Positions 25,499 through 38,175 are shown, counted from the first letter of the whole stretch. The stretch is 63,619 nucleotides of DNA, filler included, from Octopus bimaculoides (GCF_001194135.2; 10 parts of 7 records of this genome joined end to end with filler, not necessarily neighbours in it); one strand, 5' to 3'. Program-made: numbers and translations. Notes: generated by a model not told the origin, from the letters alone.

Positions 25499-26954
25499 TC
25501 TTTTTGAAGACAGTAGACTGTGATTTAAAGGAAATTGAAGAATAGGATATGGTTCGTGTGCTTTAAGGAAGTTTCGACGATATGTCGAATGAATTGACTT
25601 GATATTAAAAAGAAATTCTTTTAATGGGAGAATAGTAGCAAAGAATAGAAAAAATGGCAAAAGATTTCTTTTTACAGAGTGTAGCATCACCGACTTTAAA
25701 AATAGAGGACTGCCTAGTGAGAACTAAGGGACCTGTTTTTAGGGTTGAAGACGCATATATCGTCCTTGGTATTAAGTGAAATAGAGTTATAACAATACAG
25801 TCGATATCAAACCATACCAGGCATCTAAGTAAGTAGAAATTTCGGATATAATTTCCTAATCATTTTTGAATATAAATATAACACTGATAAAAGGTGAGAA
25901 AATATTTGATATTCATGAAATAATAATACCTCCCGGGAAAAGGAAAAAGAAGAATAAAACAAAGTCAAGTTCCTTTCGACAAAATAAATCTCCTGATAAA
26001 TTTCATTTTTGTTGTAGTTATTACATTCGACAGAGAAATTTGTCTGATGATCACTACGAAAATAGATTCTGGAACACACCCAAATCTGTTTATTAACTTT
26101 CACCTCTCGTTAAACATTACAGTGTTTAGGAGAATAGTTGTGATCTGCGTCAGCAAAAATCAGTTCAGTAATAAGTTCAAAAGTCATAATTAATCAACTT
26201 ATTGAGGTTCTTATTTTACTTTGATCTCTATGTGTTTACTGGATTAGTAATGATAAAGTATGCATGTACACGCACCACGTACACATACACAGTCGTACAT
26301 ACACACCCGTACTCACAAGTACAGGTATACGTATATGTAGGCGTATATACGTAGACACATATATACGCTTTTTCACCTACGCATAAATGATTATATATAC
26401 AACTACCTCCATCTTCATATGAGCTCATCTGCGAGACAAAGAGAGAGGCTCCATGCGGTTTGCTCGGTCTGCTAGAAATAGCAGGCAATGCTCCCTCAGA
26501 TCACACTATAGTCTTACAAATTCACATGAAATTATGCCAAATTATGAAAACAAAGGGTGGGGATAGAACGGTTATTGCTGGAATGCTTTTGATTATAAAT
26601 CAGGAACATATAGAATGATCAAAGAGGGAGATATTAAGTTATGCAGCCTTACATAGATTATGCAAGAAGTGAAGCCAAGATGGTGGTGGCTCGGTTGTCA
26701 TTGACCAGATGTCTGCTGAATCAGGTCTGACGTGGAGCTAAAGATCAACAGTATCACAGTCACTGGCTCGTACTGGACAATTCTCGTGTTCGAAACCGAA
26801 AATTTCAGCCTGAAGCTCGTTGTTATTATTGTTTAGCTCCTGTTCCAGCTTAAATGAGCAAACCTGCAATGAAAGGCCCTCCAGAAATGGCCATCCCTTG
26901 TTACTGTTTAGCAGGGTTTAGACTGTTGAATATCATTGTAATTTTTTTTTTACT

Positions 26955-27118
26955 GGAGGCGCAGGAGTGGCTGTGCAGTAAGTAGCTTCCTAACAACAAC
27001 ATGGTTCTGGGTTCAGTCCCACTGCGTGACACCTTGAGCAAGTGTCTTCTACTATAGCCTCGGGCCGACCAAAGCCTTGTGAGTTGATTTGGTAGACGGT
27101 AACTGAAAGAAGCCCGTC

Positions 27119-27149
<31 letters not shown>

Positions 27150-27470
27150 NNNNNNNNNNNNNNNNNNNNNNNNNNNNNNNNNNNNNNNNNNNNNNNNNNN
27201 NNNNNNNNNNNNNNNNNNNNNNNNNNNNNNNATACATATACATGTATGCGTGTGTATATGTTTGTGTGTCTGTGCTTGTCACTCCAACATCGCTTGACAA
27301 CCGATGCTGGTGTGTTTACGTCCCCGTAACTTAGCGGTTCGGCAAAAGAGACCGATAGAATAAGTACTAGGCTTCCAGAGAATAAGTCCTGGGGTCGATT
27401 TGCCCGACGAAAGGCGGTGCTCCAGCATGGCCGCAGTCAAATGACTGAAACAAGAGAGAGAGTAAGACAG
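26955..27470 (+). mobile_element. SINE family B, full length, internal (TA)n spanning a gap
   Basis: Head ggcgcaggagtggctgtg..ggttctgggttcagtccc, CORE-like gacaccttgagcaagtgtcttctactatagcctc, internal microsatellite, conserved 3' half. Confidence 0.9.
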
Positions 27471-27589
27471 TAGTGAGTAAGTCAAGGGATATTTGGAGAT
27501 TTGGCTGTTCTCTTTAGAAAGTCGAGAAAACGTGTAAAGTCTCATATTTACAGTTGCTGTCACATTTTACCCATGGTTTCATTTCATCT

Positions 27590-27850
27590 GCAACCACACT
27601 CCAAGCTCGGTTTCATCCTAACATCGTGATCTTGAAAACCCTTTCACTCAATCCCACCGTCCACAGATCTGTGCTCAGTCCATTTTTCTTGCATTCTTCC
27701 ACCAGCTCTTCGTACTTTCCGACTTTTTCGTCTCATGCCCCTCCTCTGCCATCATCACTAACTAACAACATGGTGAATTTCACGGTGAACACAAAGTACA
27801 AGCTTGACGCATGAACCTGATCGGAAGACAAGGTTCACCACTTCTATCCC
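27590..27850 (-). mobile_element. Degenerate C-terminal RLE domain of a HERO/NeSL-like non-LTR element
   Basis: With frameshifts: ..MAEEGHE(R)KVGKYEELVEECKKNG..STDLWTV..G.KGF, fitting the ELTVPWE..ERK..KY.EL..EC..GW..EVG.RGF pattern. Confidence 0.6.
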
Positions 27851-28859
27851 GCTTCCTCTATTAATGCTCCCAATTTCTTTTTTACTTCTGCTAACAGTTC
27901 ACATAACCTACAAACAGTTCAATTTTCTCAAATGTTTTCATTTATGACTCCTTTAAAAATGTGATGCATTTTCTCTAATGTGATCCCTTTTCGGCGCATG
28001 TTTGCACTACTTTGCTAGTAATATCTCTGAGTAATCAGCTGAGTAATCTCTAAGAATGGGCTGAAAGAAGGAGTCAATAACAATACTAAAAATGCTCTAA
28101 TGACACAAGGATTACAGAAATTGCCCAACGTACTTTGGTCGATCTCTTCTTACTCCTTACTCTTTTACTCTTTTACTGAAATCTCTGGTTTATACTTATT
28201 GTTAGTATAAGCTGGAGGTTACAAAACCAAGCGCACCAATTATTATTAGTGTTGCGAATTTGCGGCTTCCTGACACCAACTCGTCAGTAACTTGGAAACT
28301 GCACGCCAGCCCAGCAAATGAACTTGCTTAGAGAGGAAGAAGTAGTCGTACCCGACAGTAATGTCTTGTGTAATGTTTCCCGGGTTCACTTCGACTGGTC
28401 ACATCGAATCTTTACACCGACTGTGTTCGTAGCCAACGTCAAACTGACTGTTCTTTGTAGTAAACTTCGCACTGCCTATTTTCGTAGCCAACTTCGCACT
28501 GACTGCCTTGTTACCGTTTGTTTACGTTGCCATCTTTACATTCCACGTTCTTCACGTCACCAACTGATACTGCGCGTTCCTTTACCGGTTCAAATCCTCC
28601 ACCTCTACAAAGACGCACAAAACAAAGAAAAACGAGCAGCATGCTTCAGATTAGTCACGTGATCGATAAGGTTATTTTTCCTTCGCAACATTGGTATAAA
28701 TGTGAATTTACAATCGGAACATAGAAGCTGGAGGTTTCGAGGCAGTTGTGCACAGCTTTCCTACTTCTCTGGTTTTAAGAGATATTCACACAAACAAGGC
28801 ATCTGACCTCTTGTACGGTACATACGTTTTGTTTTCTGTTTCAAACAACGACATCCTGG

Positions 28860-29330
28860 CTGTTATATTTATCTCGACAGATATTTTAATGGGAATGTTC
28901 CACTTGTATTCCTTGTGCTGATGTTTGCGTATGTATTCGATAATCGGGGGGTTCTGTATATTTATTCCAAAAGAGTCTTTTCTCAGAACGGCAATGTAAA
29001 TTGTTTTTGCGACAACGTCGTGTCGGATAAGGAATTAGTACCTTGATATTCTCGAGCAGGTGATAATCACGTGTGATGTCTTCCACCCAAATATGACTTA
29101 ATCTACATTTTCGGTTGCATGCTTGGGGCTCTAAGGGATTCACTGTCTGTTTTGTTTATTAGGTATTTCGTAGCAATTACCAGTCCTTGGATAGCAAATG
29201 CATAGCCTTCGAAGTGTGATGTGAAATATCGGCCACGTGTCAAGGAAAGTCTGCGCTTCATGTCGATATTATTGTTTTCTTCAAGCCCTAGGGAAACATA
29301 CTAATGCATAGCCTTTCTATGTATGTATGC
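28860..29330 (-). mobile_element. R4/Dong-clade non-LTR fragment (pre-knuckle and CCHC region)
   Basis: FTSHFEGYAFAIQGLVIATKYLINK ... KCRLSHIWVEDIT..IITC..ISRY*FLIRHDVVAKTIYIAVLRKD ... PIIEYIRKHQHKEYKWNIPIK, with frameshifts. Confidence 0.75.
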
Positions 29331-29438
29331 TGTAATTTCATTTTCCGAACTTACATCAATAAACAATGAGTCGGTTTCTGATAAACAGGTAAGACGCTTT
29401 CATTAGAATTAAGACAATATACACATTTCTACGTAGAC

Positions 29439-29517
<79 letters not shown>

Positions 29518-29542
29518 GAGAGATGTATACATATATACATAT

Positions 29543-29581
<39 letters not shown>

Positions 29582-29833
29582 ATGTGCGTTTATATACGTA
29601 TATATTCACATATATGTATATATGCATGTCATATATATATATATATATATATGTGTGTGTATATGTGTGTGTGTATGTGTGTGTGTGTGCATGTGTGTGT
29701 GTATGTGTGTGTGTTTGAGTGTCTGTGTATGTATGTATATTCAACTACTAGTCTAATTACCACCACATATTCTCTCTCACAACTCTCTATATATACATTT
29801 ATGTATATATAAGCCTACATATGTATATACATG

Positions 29834-29885
<52 letters not shown>

Positions 29886-29934
29886 NNNNNNNNNNNNNNN
29901 NNNNNNNNNNNNNNNNNNNNNNNNNNNNNNNNNN

Positions 29935-29974
<40 letters not shown>

Positions 29975-30261
29975 CAGAGGGAATATGTCGAATAAAATCA
30001 GAATTACCTTATTCTCCTGTTTTCTTTTATCCAAAGCCAGGGACTTTTCAATACCCACTTGTATCTCTGTATGAGCCATTGAGAGAGACCTCTACATGGT
30101 AGCTAGAACTGGTAGAAATAATGGCTAAATCTCCCTCAAATTACACCATATTGTCTTATGTATTGTATGATCCAATGAGGGAGACCGTTAAACAGGAGCT
30201 AGACCTGTTAAAAATAGCAACCAAATCTCTCTCAAATCACACCCTACTCTCTTATTTATGA

Positions 30262-30640
30262 AGCGTGGGTGTGTGGTAAGAAACTTGCTTCTAAACAACA
30301 TGGCTCCGGGTTCAGTCCCAATGCGTGGCACCTTCAGCAAGTGTCTTCTGCTATAGCCTTGGGCAGAACAAGGCCTTGTAAGTGGATTCAGGAGACGGAA
30401 ACTGAAAGAAGCCTGTCGTGTATATATATATATATATATTTATACACACACATACATGCTTGTGAACCGGTGCTGGTGTGTTCATGTACCCGTAACTTAG
30501 TGGGTCGGCAAAAGCGACTGATAGAATAAGTACTAGGCTTAGAAAGAATAAGTCCTGAGGTCGATTTCTTCGACTAACACCCTTTAAAGCGGTGCTCCAA
30601 TATGGCCGCAGTTGAATGGCTGAAACAAGTAAAAGAATAT
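30262..30640 (+). mobile_element. SINE family B
   Basis: Head, internal (TA)n and 3' half as in 26955-27470. Confidence 0.88.
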
Positions 30641-30729
30641 ATATATATATATATACACATATATATATATATTTATTCTTTTATTCTTTTATACGTTTCA
30701 GCCATAAGGCTGTGCCCATGCTGGGGCAC

Positions 30730-31310
30730 CGACAGTCCAATCACCTTTTCAATGGCCAATCTTATGTGATTGGGTTTTGATGAAGGAGGGAGTTGGACAC
30801 TGCTGCCATCTTTTGAGTCTCCTGCCTTGATATTGGTTCATCCGGGAATTTGTATAGCAGAAGATCAAGTTTTTTCTTGAAAACTTTTCCGCACCTTCAT
30901 AAAGATCCCTCAGATGTTTTGGGAACGCATCAAATAGGTGCGCCCTTGAATACCAAGCTATTGCAGTACATGGTCCTCACTCTAGACGAGATACCTGACA
31001 TCTTTTGGACAGTGCAGTGTAGTCCAGTTCGGGTTTTGGTATAGCTCTCGATTCCGAAGTTTCATGACAGCCCTTCCAGTATCTTCCATGTATGTATCAC
31101 TGCATACCTCTCCCGTCTTCGCTCCAGAGAGTAGAGTCGTGGCTCTTTCAGTCTCTCCCAGCAGCTCAGCTGTTCCACTTGTGCAGCATTGCTGAAAAGC
31201 CTCAAGTTCCGCTATTAATCTGAAACTGTAGGGTAACCACAGTTGAGAGAAGTAGTCCAGACGGCTGATGATAAATGCCCTCCATAGGACCACCATAGTT
31301 TCCTGGTCCA
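30730..31310 (-). mobile_element. CR1/L2-group LINE, degenerate 3' end of ORF2
   Basis: DQETMVVLWRAFIISRLDYFSQLWLPY..IAELEAFQ; shifted frame gives NYWERLKELRLYSLERRRERYAVIHTWKILEGLS*NFGIESYTKTRTG..; also SLGIQGRTYL. Confidence 0.85.
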
Positions 31311-31799
31311 TATGTGTATGTATGTGTGTGTGTGTATAGTTATGAAAATTAATAATATTTCAATTTAATTGCTTACTCCTGTAGATACGCGTCAACTAAA
31401 AGAACATACACGTCATAAAATGAGTATATATATGACCGAAAGACGCAAGAAATTCCTTAGAAAGTCTAAAATCAGTGAAGACGGCTGTGGTCTGCTAATA
31501 ATTTGTCAAGAGTCAAAACATAAGAAATTATGCTGACGTCGATGCCATATATCATCGACTTTTTACAGAAGGACAAAAAAGAAAAAGAAAAAAGTCATGA
31601 AAAATATAATTCAAAAACGAGAAATTTATAATTTAAAAAAAATTTTTAGAACAAGAAAGAAAGAACAATGTTGAAAATACTAAAAGAAATTTGGAGTTAC
31701 AAATCAAATAACAATATTGTAAAAAATTCAACAAACATAACAAGTAACAATATTGTGAGAGTAACTCAACAAATAAAAAACGTATATACATCTATGTAC

Positions 31800-32073
31800 A
31801 TGTATTGCAGGAGATGAATATCAAAATGTCTACTAGGTAGTTGTAATCACAAGATTGATGTTATATTCTCCAGAATGTAGTTATGGCCAGCTAATGGATG
31901 TTAGAATTTCCACAATGTAGTATGATCACAAGACAGATTTTATAGTCACTACAATGTTAAGATTAGAGGAAGGACGGTAAAGGTTCTGCTATTAATTATA
32001 ATCACAAAATGATGTTATAGTATGTACACTGTAGTTTAGGCCCCGAAATGATGTTAAAGTCTATACACTGTAG
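31800..32073. repeat. Degenerate about 40-bp minisatellite
   Basis: Recurrent gatgtta(t/g/a)a.....(a/t)caatgtag/cactgtag units at about 31857, 31897, 32009 and 32050. Confidence 0.55.
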
Positions 32074-32173
32074 NNNNNNNNNNNNNNNNNNNNNNNNNNN
32101 NNNNNNNNNNNNNNNNNTTAATTAATTAANNNNNNNNNNNNNNNNNNNNNNNNNNNNNNNNNNNNNNNNNNNN

Positions 32174-32214
<41 letters not shown>

Positions 32215-32344
32215 CATATATATATATATAGATATATATATATATATACATACATACATACATATATATATACATATATATACATACACACACAATCTAT
32301 AACTTAAGTCCATGTGTAATCAATAGATAGAGAGATCAAGATTT

Positions 32345-32600
32345 ATATCTTTCATTTTTAATTTGTTTTCGTCATTAAATTGTAGCCATGCTGGAGCACT
32401 GCTTAAAGAATTTTAGTTGAATGAATCGACCCCAGTATTTTATTCTTTAAGCCTCTTTTTTGCTGCACTCCTCATCATAGGGACGTAAATGCACCAACAC
32501 AAGTTGTTAAGTAGTGGTGGGGGACAAACACACGCACACACACACACGTATACAACAGGATTCTTTCAGTTTCTGTCAACTAAATCTCCACTCACAAATG
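32345..32600 (-). mobile_element. SINE family B, partial
   Basis: ccatgctggagcactgc ... ggacgtaaatgcaccaac ... ttctttcagtttctgtcaactaaatctccactcacaa. Confidence 0.8.
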
Positions 32601-32614
32601 ATAATAATAATAAG

Positions 32615-33010
32615 GACCATGTATATTTGTCTGGGTGTGAAAACTGGATGCTGAGGGCCAACACAAAAGGTATGGTCCCAGCATTTAAACACAAGAACCT
32701 TAAGAAAACTGGTACACATATACATAGAGCACAAGGTAAACAACTTTGTCAAGCAGCAGCAAGTCATCAAATATACCAGCAGGCAAGGACCATTCCTTAC
32801 CATAGTAAAAAAAGATGAAGACTCGCCTGGTACAGACATATATCCTGATATGGATCCCTGTTCAAAACCATTCTTCAGAGCAAAGTTACAGGAGGATAAA
32901 GAAAATCCTTGTTGGATAACATCAAGGACTAGATAGTTCTCAACACCACAGCCCTTTGGCATTTGAGAAAGGACAGGGACTAAAGTAGTGGCAACTGCAG
33001 CACTTGGGTT
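32615..33010 (+). mobile_element. RTE-clade LINE, degenerate 3' end
   Basis: CENWMLRANTKGMVPAFKHKNL..; KKR*RLAWYRHIS*YGSLFKTILQSKVTGG..KSLLDNIKD, fitting CETW.L..RIQAFE..RRKL.WFGHV..KTILQG.VEG..W.DNIK. Confidence 0.75.
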
Positions 33011-33087
33011 GTTCAGGATTAGCCCGAGTATAAATTTAGGTAAAAAGAACGTGTATTTGCAAGTTGATTTAATTTCTGCCAACACTG

Positions 33088-33252
33088 ACTTCATCATCAT
33101 CATCATCATCGTCGTCGTCGTTTAACATTCACTTTCCAGGCTAGCATGGGTTGGACGATTTGATTGAGGACTGGTGAACCAGATGGCTACACCAGGCTCC
33201 AATCTGATTTGGCAGAGTTTCTACAGCTGGATGCCCTTCCTAACGCCAACCA
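33088..33252 (-). mobile_element. SINE family D 3' part with (GAT)n tail
   Basis: Reverse complement ggttggcgttaggaagggcatccagctgtagaaac ... aatgttaaacgacgacgatgatg; homologous to 36790-36990. Confidence 0.75.
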
Positions 33253-34043
33253 AGTATTTAATTTCAGTCCATAACTCAGGCCCCTTTTACTGAGCCTGGT
33301 CACCTTTCATATATTTTCGTTCAGCATCTGACGGTCGTCTCAGAGGTGCCCTGTGTCAAAAAATATCATTCGTAGCAGACGTTTTCACGACATCGTTCAC
33401 AAGCGCCTAACTCTGGCTCAGAAGTTACAGCCCGAGTTGTTATCTATACTCGTAAAAATAAAAAGTAATGTAATTAAAATTCAATGTTTTCTTGAAACAA
33501 TAAATTTCTATAGAGATTAGNNNNNNNNNNNNNNNNNNNNNNNNNNNNNNNNNNNNNNNNNNNNNNNNNNNNNNNNNNNNNNNNNNNNNNNNNNNNNNNN
33601 NNNNNNNNNNNNNNNNNNNNNNNNNNNNNNNNNNNNNNNNNNNNNNATTATTCAGCAACTGGGGCTAATATGAACGAGCCTGGTAGGAATAAAAGATTAA
33701 CTGGCATCTTTTGTCAAGAGTACAGGCAACAGTCAGATCACTGCTGTTTGTTGTGCACTCCGCTGTCGTTATTTGATTGATGTTATTCTGTGCGCCTGTG
33801 GGTAAAGATCGGTTGTGTTTTGCAAGGTTAGGGTTAGGGTTGCTTTATTTTTATCCTTAACTTAGAAATGGAGAAAGACATAGTGCTAGATATAAAAAAA
33901 CAAGCCACTTGGGGTTAGAAATATTGCGGAAAAACGTGAAATTCTTCGAACAGGTATGTGTCTTTTGCGAAATCTGTGAAGAGCTCAAGTGTCTAAATCT
34001 GTGATGAGCCCTAGTGACTCTGATGACCTGGAGTTACCTCTGG

Positions 34044-34107
34044 ACTAAAGGTAAGTGCTACTAAAAGTAAGTGCAACTAAAGGTAAGTGCTACTAAAGGT
34101 AAGTGCC
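34044..34107 (+). repeat. Four tandem 16-bp units ACTAAAGGTAAGTGCT
   Basis: Units at 34044, 34060, 34076 and 34092. Confidence 0.95.
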
Positions 34108-34657
34108 AACAGTAAGAGCTTCAAGAACATTATCCCACTGAGTATATAGGCAAATACATAAGAATTTTATAAACTTTCAAGAGATTGTGAAATAATTCTT
34201 TTTTGGATCACTGGCTCTCGGAGCACAATCACATTTACATGCTACTATTTATAGCTGTATATGATGTGCTTCAAGAACTACTGTTCCAAAAAAGAATTAT
34301 ATATATATATAATAATATAAACAATATATAAATATATGTATATATCCATACATATATGTACATACCTACATATATATGTATATATACATGCATATATGGG
34401 TACAGGATATCAAAAAAATGTAGAACACAATGAGAAACGAAAACATAAAAACGAAAACATAGAAAACGAACGATTTTTTTGAACAACGAAAAAAACAAAT
34501 AGAGAAACGAGGTGTTTAACGTTTTGATGTCCTGTACCCATATATGCATGTATGTATACATATATATGTAGGTATGTACATATATGTATGAATATATGTA
34601 TATATTTATATATTATTTATATTATTATATGATCAAATGCCACGCATCCTTTTCCAA

Positions 34658-34699
<42 letters not shown>

Positions 34700-34739
34700 G
34701 ATAAAAAATGAAAGTTATATAAAATATAAATATATAAAT

Positions 34740-34960
34740 ATCTTTCACTTGTTTCAGTCATTAGACTATGGCCATGCTGGGACATCACCACCTTCAAGAA
34801 ATTTAGTTGAAATTGACCCCAGTTCTTATTTTATTTTTTTAAAGCCTAGTACTTATTCTCTTTATCTTTTTGATGAACTGCTAAGTTACAAGGATGTAAA
34901 TACACCTATACCGGTTGTCAAGCGGTGGTGGAGGACAAAAGCAAAATGAAGACACACACA
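34740..34960 (-). mobile_element. SINE family B, 3' half
   Basis: tttcacttgtttcagtcattagactatggccatgctgg ... ccggttgtcaagcgg. Confidence 0.8.
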
Positions 34961-35579
34961 TCAATATAAATATATATATGTTAGGCTTATTTCATTTTCG
35001 ACATACAGACGATCTAAATGCTGCTAATCATTTTACCCGCCATGCTAACGATTCTGCCAGCTCACTATCTTACTACTACTTATAATAATAACAACAACAA
35101 CACCAGCAACAGCAACATGGGTTCTAAGCACTTGAAAGACAGTTGAAAATTCGTAGATACCTAAGGTTACAGGTAGTGACCCACTACCCACATAAATCCT
35201 GTCAGGAATTAGAGCGAACCTGAGCCAAACCAAAATGATAATAATAAGGATGCTAAATCTAGAGCTTGGCTAAAAAAAAATGGCAATTAAAAAAAAGAAA
35301 TAGAGAGCTTAACCCATTACCTACCAGTGATCTCATATGAGATCACTTAAAAATTACAAATTTCATAATTATCTGTCAATATTTACACATATCTAACCTT
35401 TTTGCTATATCTACTAGGTATATTTCTCTGATATTCAAATGAGGTTTGCTAATTTTTCACACAGTATCTCGCTTATTTCTATTTAAAATGTTATTTTGAA
35501 ATGTTATTTTGATCATTCCAGCGTGTTTCTAAGGCTGTTTTATGCTAGAAATCAAAGTTTCGTAAAAAAATTCCAGTTA

Positions 35580-35950
35580 GTAAAATTATGGGAGGTTCAG
35601 GGTTAATTATAGCAGCTGAAGATCAAGTGATAAAAACAAACAACTTGAGAAAATATGAGTATGGAAAGAAGGTGTCAGAAAAATGTAGAGTGTGTGGAAT
35701 TTGGAATGAAACAGTGGCACACGTTGTTGCAGAATGTCCCAAGGAGAATATAAGAAATGGAGGCATGACCAAGTTGTGGAAGTTACACACTAGAAGCTTT
35801 ATTAGAAATGGGGATTTTGAACTTAGAGGTACATGGTTTGACCATCGTGTCGAAAGAGTGCTGGAGTTGGAGAAATGCAAGATTTTCTGGGATTTTCGTA
35901 TCCAAATGGATAAGAAGCTAGAAAAATAACAGACCAGGCTTGATAATAAT
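35580..35950 (+). mobile_element. R4/Dong-clade fragment (CCHC knuckle to start of RLE), followed directly by a SINE B head
   Basis: GLIIAAEDQVIKTNNLRKY..EKCRVCGIWNETVAHVVAECPK..KIFWDFRIQMDKKLEK*QTRLDNNRQ. Confidence 0.85.
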
Positions 35951-35964
35951 AGACAAAGCACAGG

Positions 35965-36110
35965 AATGGCTTTGTGGTTAGGAAGCTTGCTTGCCGACCA
36001 CATGGTTTTGGGTTCAGTCCCACCCCGTGGCACCTTGGGCAAGTGTCTTCTGCTATAGCCCCGGGCCGACCAAAGCCTTGTGATTGAATTTGGTAGGTGG
36101 AAGTTACTGC
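35965..36110 (+). mobile_element. SINE family B head and CORE-like domain
   Basis: tgtggttaggaagcttgc..ggttttgggttcagtccc..gcaccttgggcaagtgtcttctgctatagcc. Confidence 0.85.
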
Positions 36111-36679
36111 CGTGTGTGTATATATGTCTGTGTATGTGCTTGTGCCTCTCCGAAAGAGAGAGAGGGGAAAAAAACAAAACTGCTTATTAATTGATCCATC
36201 ATGTCTGTTTGATTTGAGGAAAGAGGATGAAAAAAAAATATATATAATCCCTTAAAATTTAAAACTGCAAGAATTTGGATTATGAAAACTGTTAAGGTTT
36301 TGCATTGAGAACTGTAAGTAAAGATACAGACAAATGGTTGAAGGAGATTGGAATAGACTGTCCTACATAGCTTTTACAGAAAGTTTGCCTCTTGGGGACA
36401 GGAAAGGTTATCTGGAGGGTTTTAAGCACTTGAAAGACAATTGAAAGTTTGTGGATGTCTAAGGTTACAAGTAGTGACCTACTATCCACATAAATTCACA
36501 GGATTAAGAATGAACTCAAGTCAGATCAACAATAATAATAATAATAATAACCCTTTCTACTATAGGCAAAAGGTCTGAAATTCTGTGGGAGGGGACTAGT
36601 CGATTACATCGACCACTACATATATCAAGAAAACAATGCCATGTGGCACGTCTTCTAAACATAAACAACATGCAGATAG

Positions 36680-37032
36680 GTGCAGGCATGGCTGCTTCCC
36701 AACCACATGGTCCAGGGTTCAATCTCTCTGCATGGCACTTAGGGCATGTGTCTTCTACTATAGTCTTGGGCCAACCAAAGCCTTCATCATCATCCTCATC
36801 ATCATCATCATCACCATTTAATGCCTGTTTTCCCTGCTAGCATGGGTTGGATGGTTTGACTGGGGCTGGTAAGGTCAGGAGCCATGCCAGGGTCCATAGT
36901 CTGTTCTATGGCATGGTTCCTACAGCTGGATGCCCTTCCTAACTCTAACCAATCCATAGAGTGTACTGGGTGCTTTTAACGTGACATCAGCATGAGATGA
37001 GTGGATTTGGTAGACTACTAAAAGAAGCCAGT

Positions 37033-37088
<56 letters not shown>

Positions 37089-37260
37089 TGTGCTTGTTCC
37101 CCACCACCACTTGACGAACTTGCCGGTTCAGAAGAAGGGGTCCGATAGAATAGGTACTCGGCTTAAAAAAGAAGTACCAGGGTCGAGTCATTCAACTAAA
37201 AAAATCCTTCATGGCAGTGCCCCGGCTTGGCCACAGTCTAATGACTGAATCAAATAAAAA
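36680..37260 (+). mobile_element. SINE family B interrupted by a family D copy (36790-36990, minus)
   Basis: Head stops at ggccaaccaaagcctt (36785) and resumes at gtgagtggatttggtagac-like sequence (about 36998) after the (CAT)n-tailed insert. Confidence 0.75.
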
Positions 37261-37399
37261 GATGAAAAGATGGAGCTCTCATGGTCACTTAAAATCAACA
37301 ACGGCTTCTCTTGGCAAATGAAATGCACACAACCTCAACATAGCAAAGATCACATCTCAAAAAGAAGCCTTAAAAGAAATTAACAAACCTCAATCATCT

Positions 37400-37710
37400 C
37401 TTGTGCACCCTGCATTTGTTACTCCCCATAGCTGTTAAGTTACTCTACAGTCATTCTTCACAGGTATTTTGGAACTGAGACCCCTAATTCATGTAACTGA
37501 CTGGCACAAAATTTCTCATCAAAGCACTGCAACTGCTAGCTTACAGATGTTCTGTTCCCTCCTCGCCATTTCTACTGATACTGTAAATGGCCTCTGCTCC
37601 TCATAATTGACTGTGCTCATGTTTCTTCCACTCCCAACTCACTTGTGTCTTCTCATCACAAATATTCTGTGTCTCCTATCCGGTCCATTATTAAACACTA
37701 CTCCCAGTCC
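37400..37710 (+). mobile_element. CR1/L2-group LINE 3' relic
   Basis: FY*YC(N)GLCSS*LTVLM..PL..; SSHHKYSVS.IRSIIKHYSQSFSR, fitting FYRY..G.CS.EL..P..SH..V.L.R.RT..Y..SF.PR. Confidence 0.55.
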
Positions 37711-37726
37711 TTCTCTAGAATATTGG

Positions 37727-37889
37727 TTTCAAATTTTGGCACAAGGCCAGCAATTTTGGGGAAGGGGGCTAGTTGATTATATTGACCCCAGTACCGGACT
37801 GGTACTATTTTATCAACCCCAAAAAGATGAAAAGCAAAGCCAGCCTCGGTGGAATTTGAACTCAGAATGCAAAGACAGCATGCCACCCT
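37727..37889 (-). mobile_element. 5'-truncated SINE family A with 19-bp TSD
   Basis: tccttctctagaatattgg at 37708-37726 and 37890-37908. Confidence 0.85.
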
Positions 37890-38009
37890 TCCTTCTCTAG
37901 AATATTGGCCGTCTAGTCTTCCTTCCCTGTACCTGTGACCATCAACTTGTAACTATTTAAGAGGAATATTAACAATGTTGGTCTCAACAGTCTTGGAGGG
38001 CTTGTGAAG

Positions 38010-38175
38010 GAAATGAGTCGATTACATCAACCCCAGTGCTCAACTGCTACTTATTTTATCAACCCCGAAAGGATGAACAGCAAAGTCGACTTTGGCGGAA
38101 TTTGAACTCAGAACATAAAGACAGAGAAAATACTGCTAAGTGTTTTTGCCAGCATGCTAACGATTCTGTCTTCCT
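38010..38175 (-). mobile_element. SINE family A, partial
   Basis: agtcgattacatcaaccccagtgctcaactg ... gcatgctaacgattctg. Confidence 0.85.

Noticed and set aside
28426-28508. Three 26-29-bp imperfect tandem units, and the 34044 16-mers, as CRISPR-like arrays
   Set aside because: No unique spacers and a eukaryotic context; ordinary minisatellites.
33826-33841. (TTAGGG)2 telomere-like sequence
   Set aside because: Only two units; not a telomere or a convincing interstitial array.
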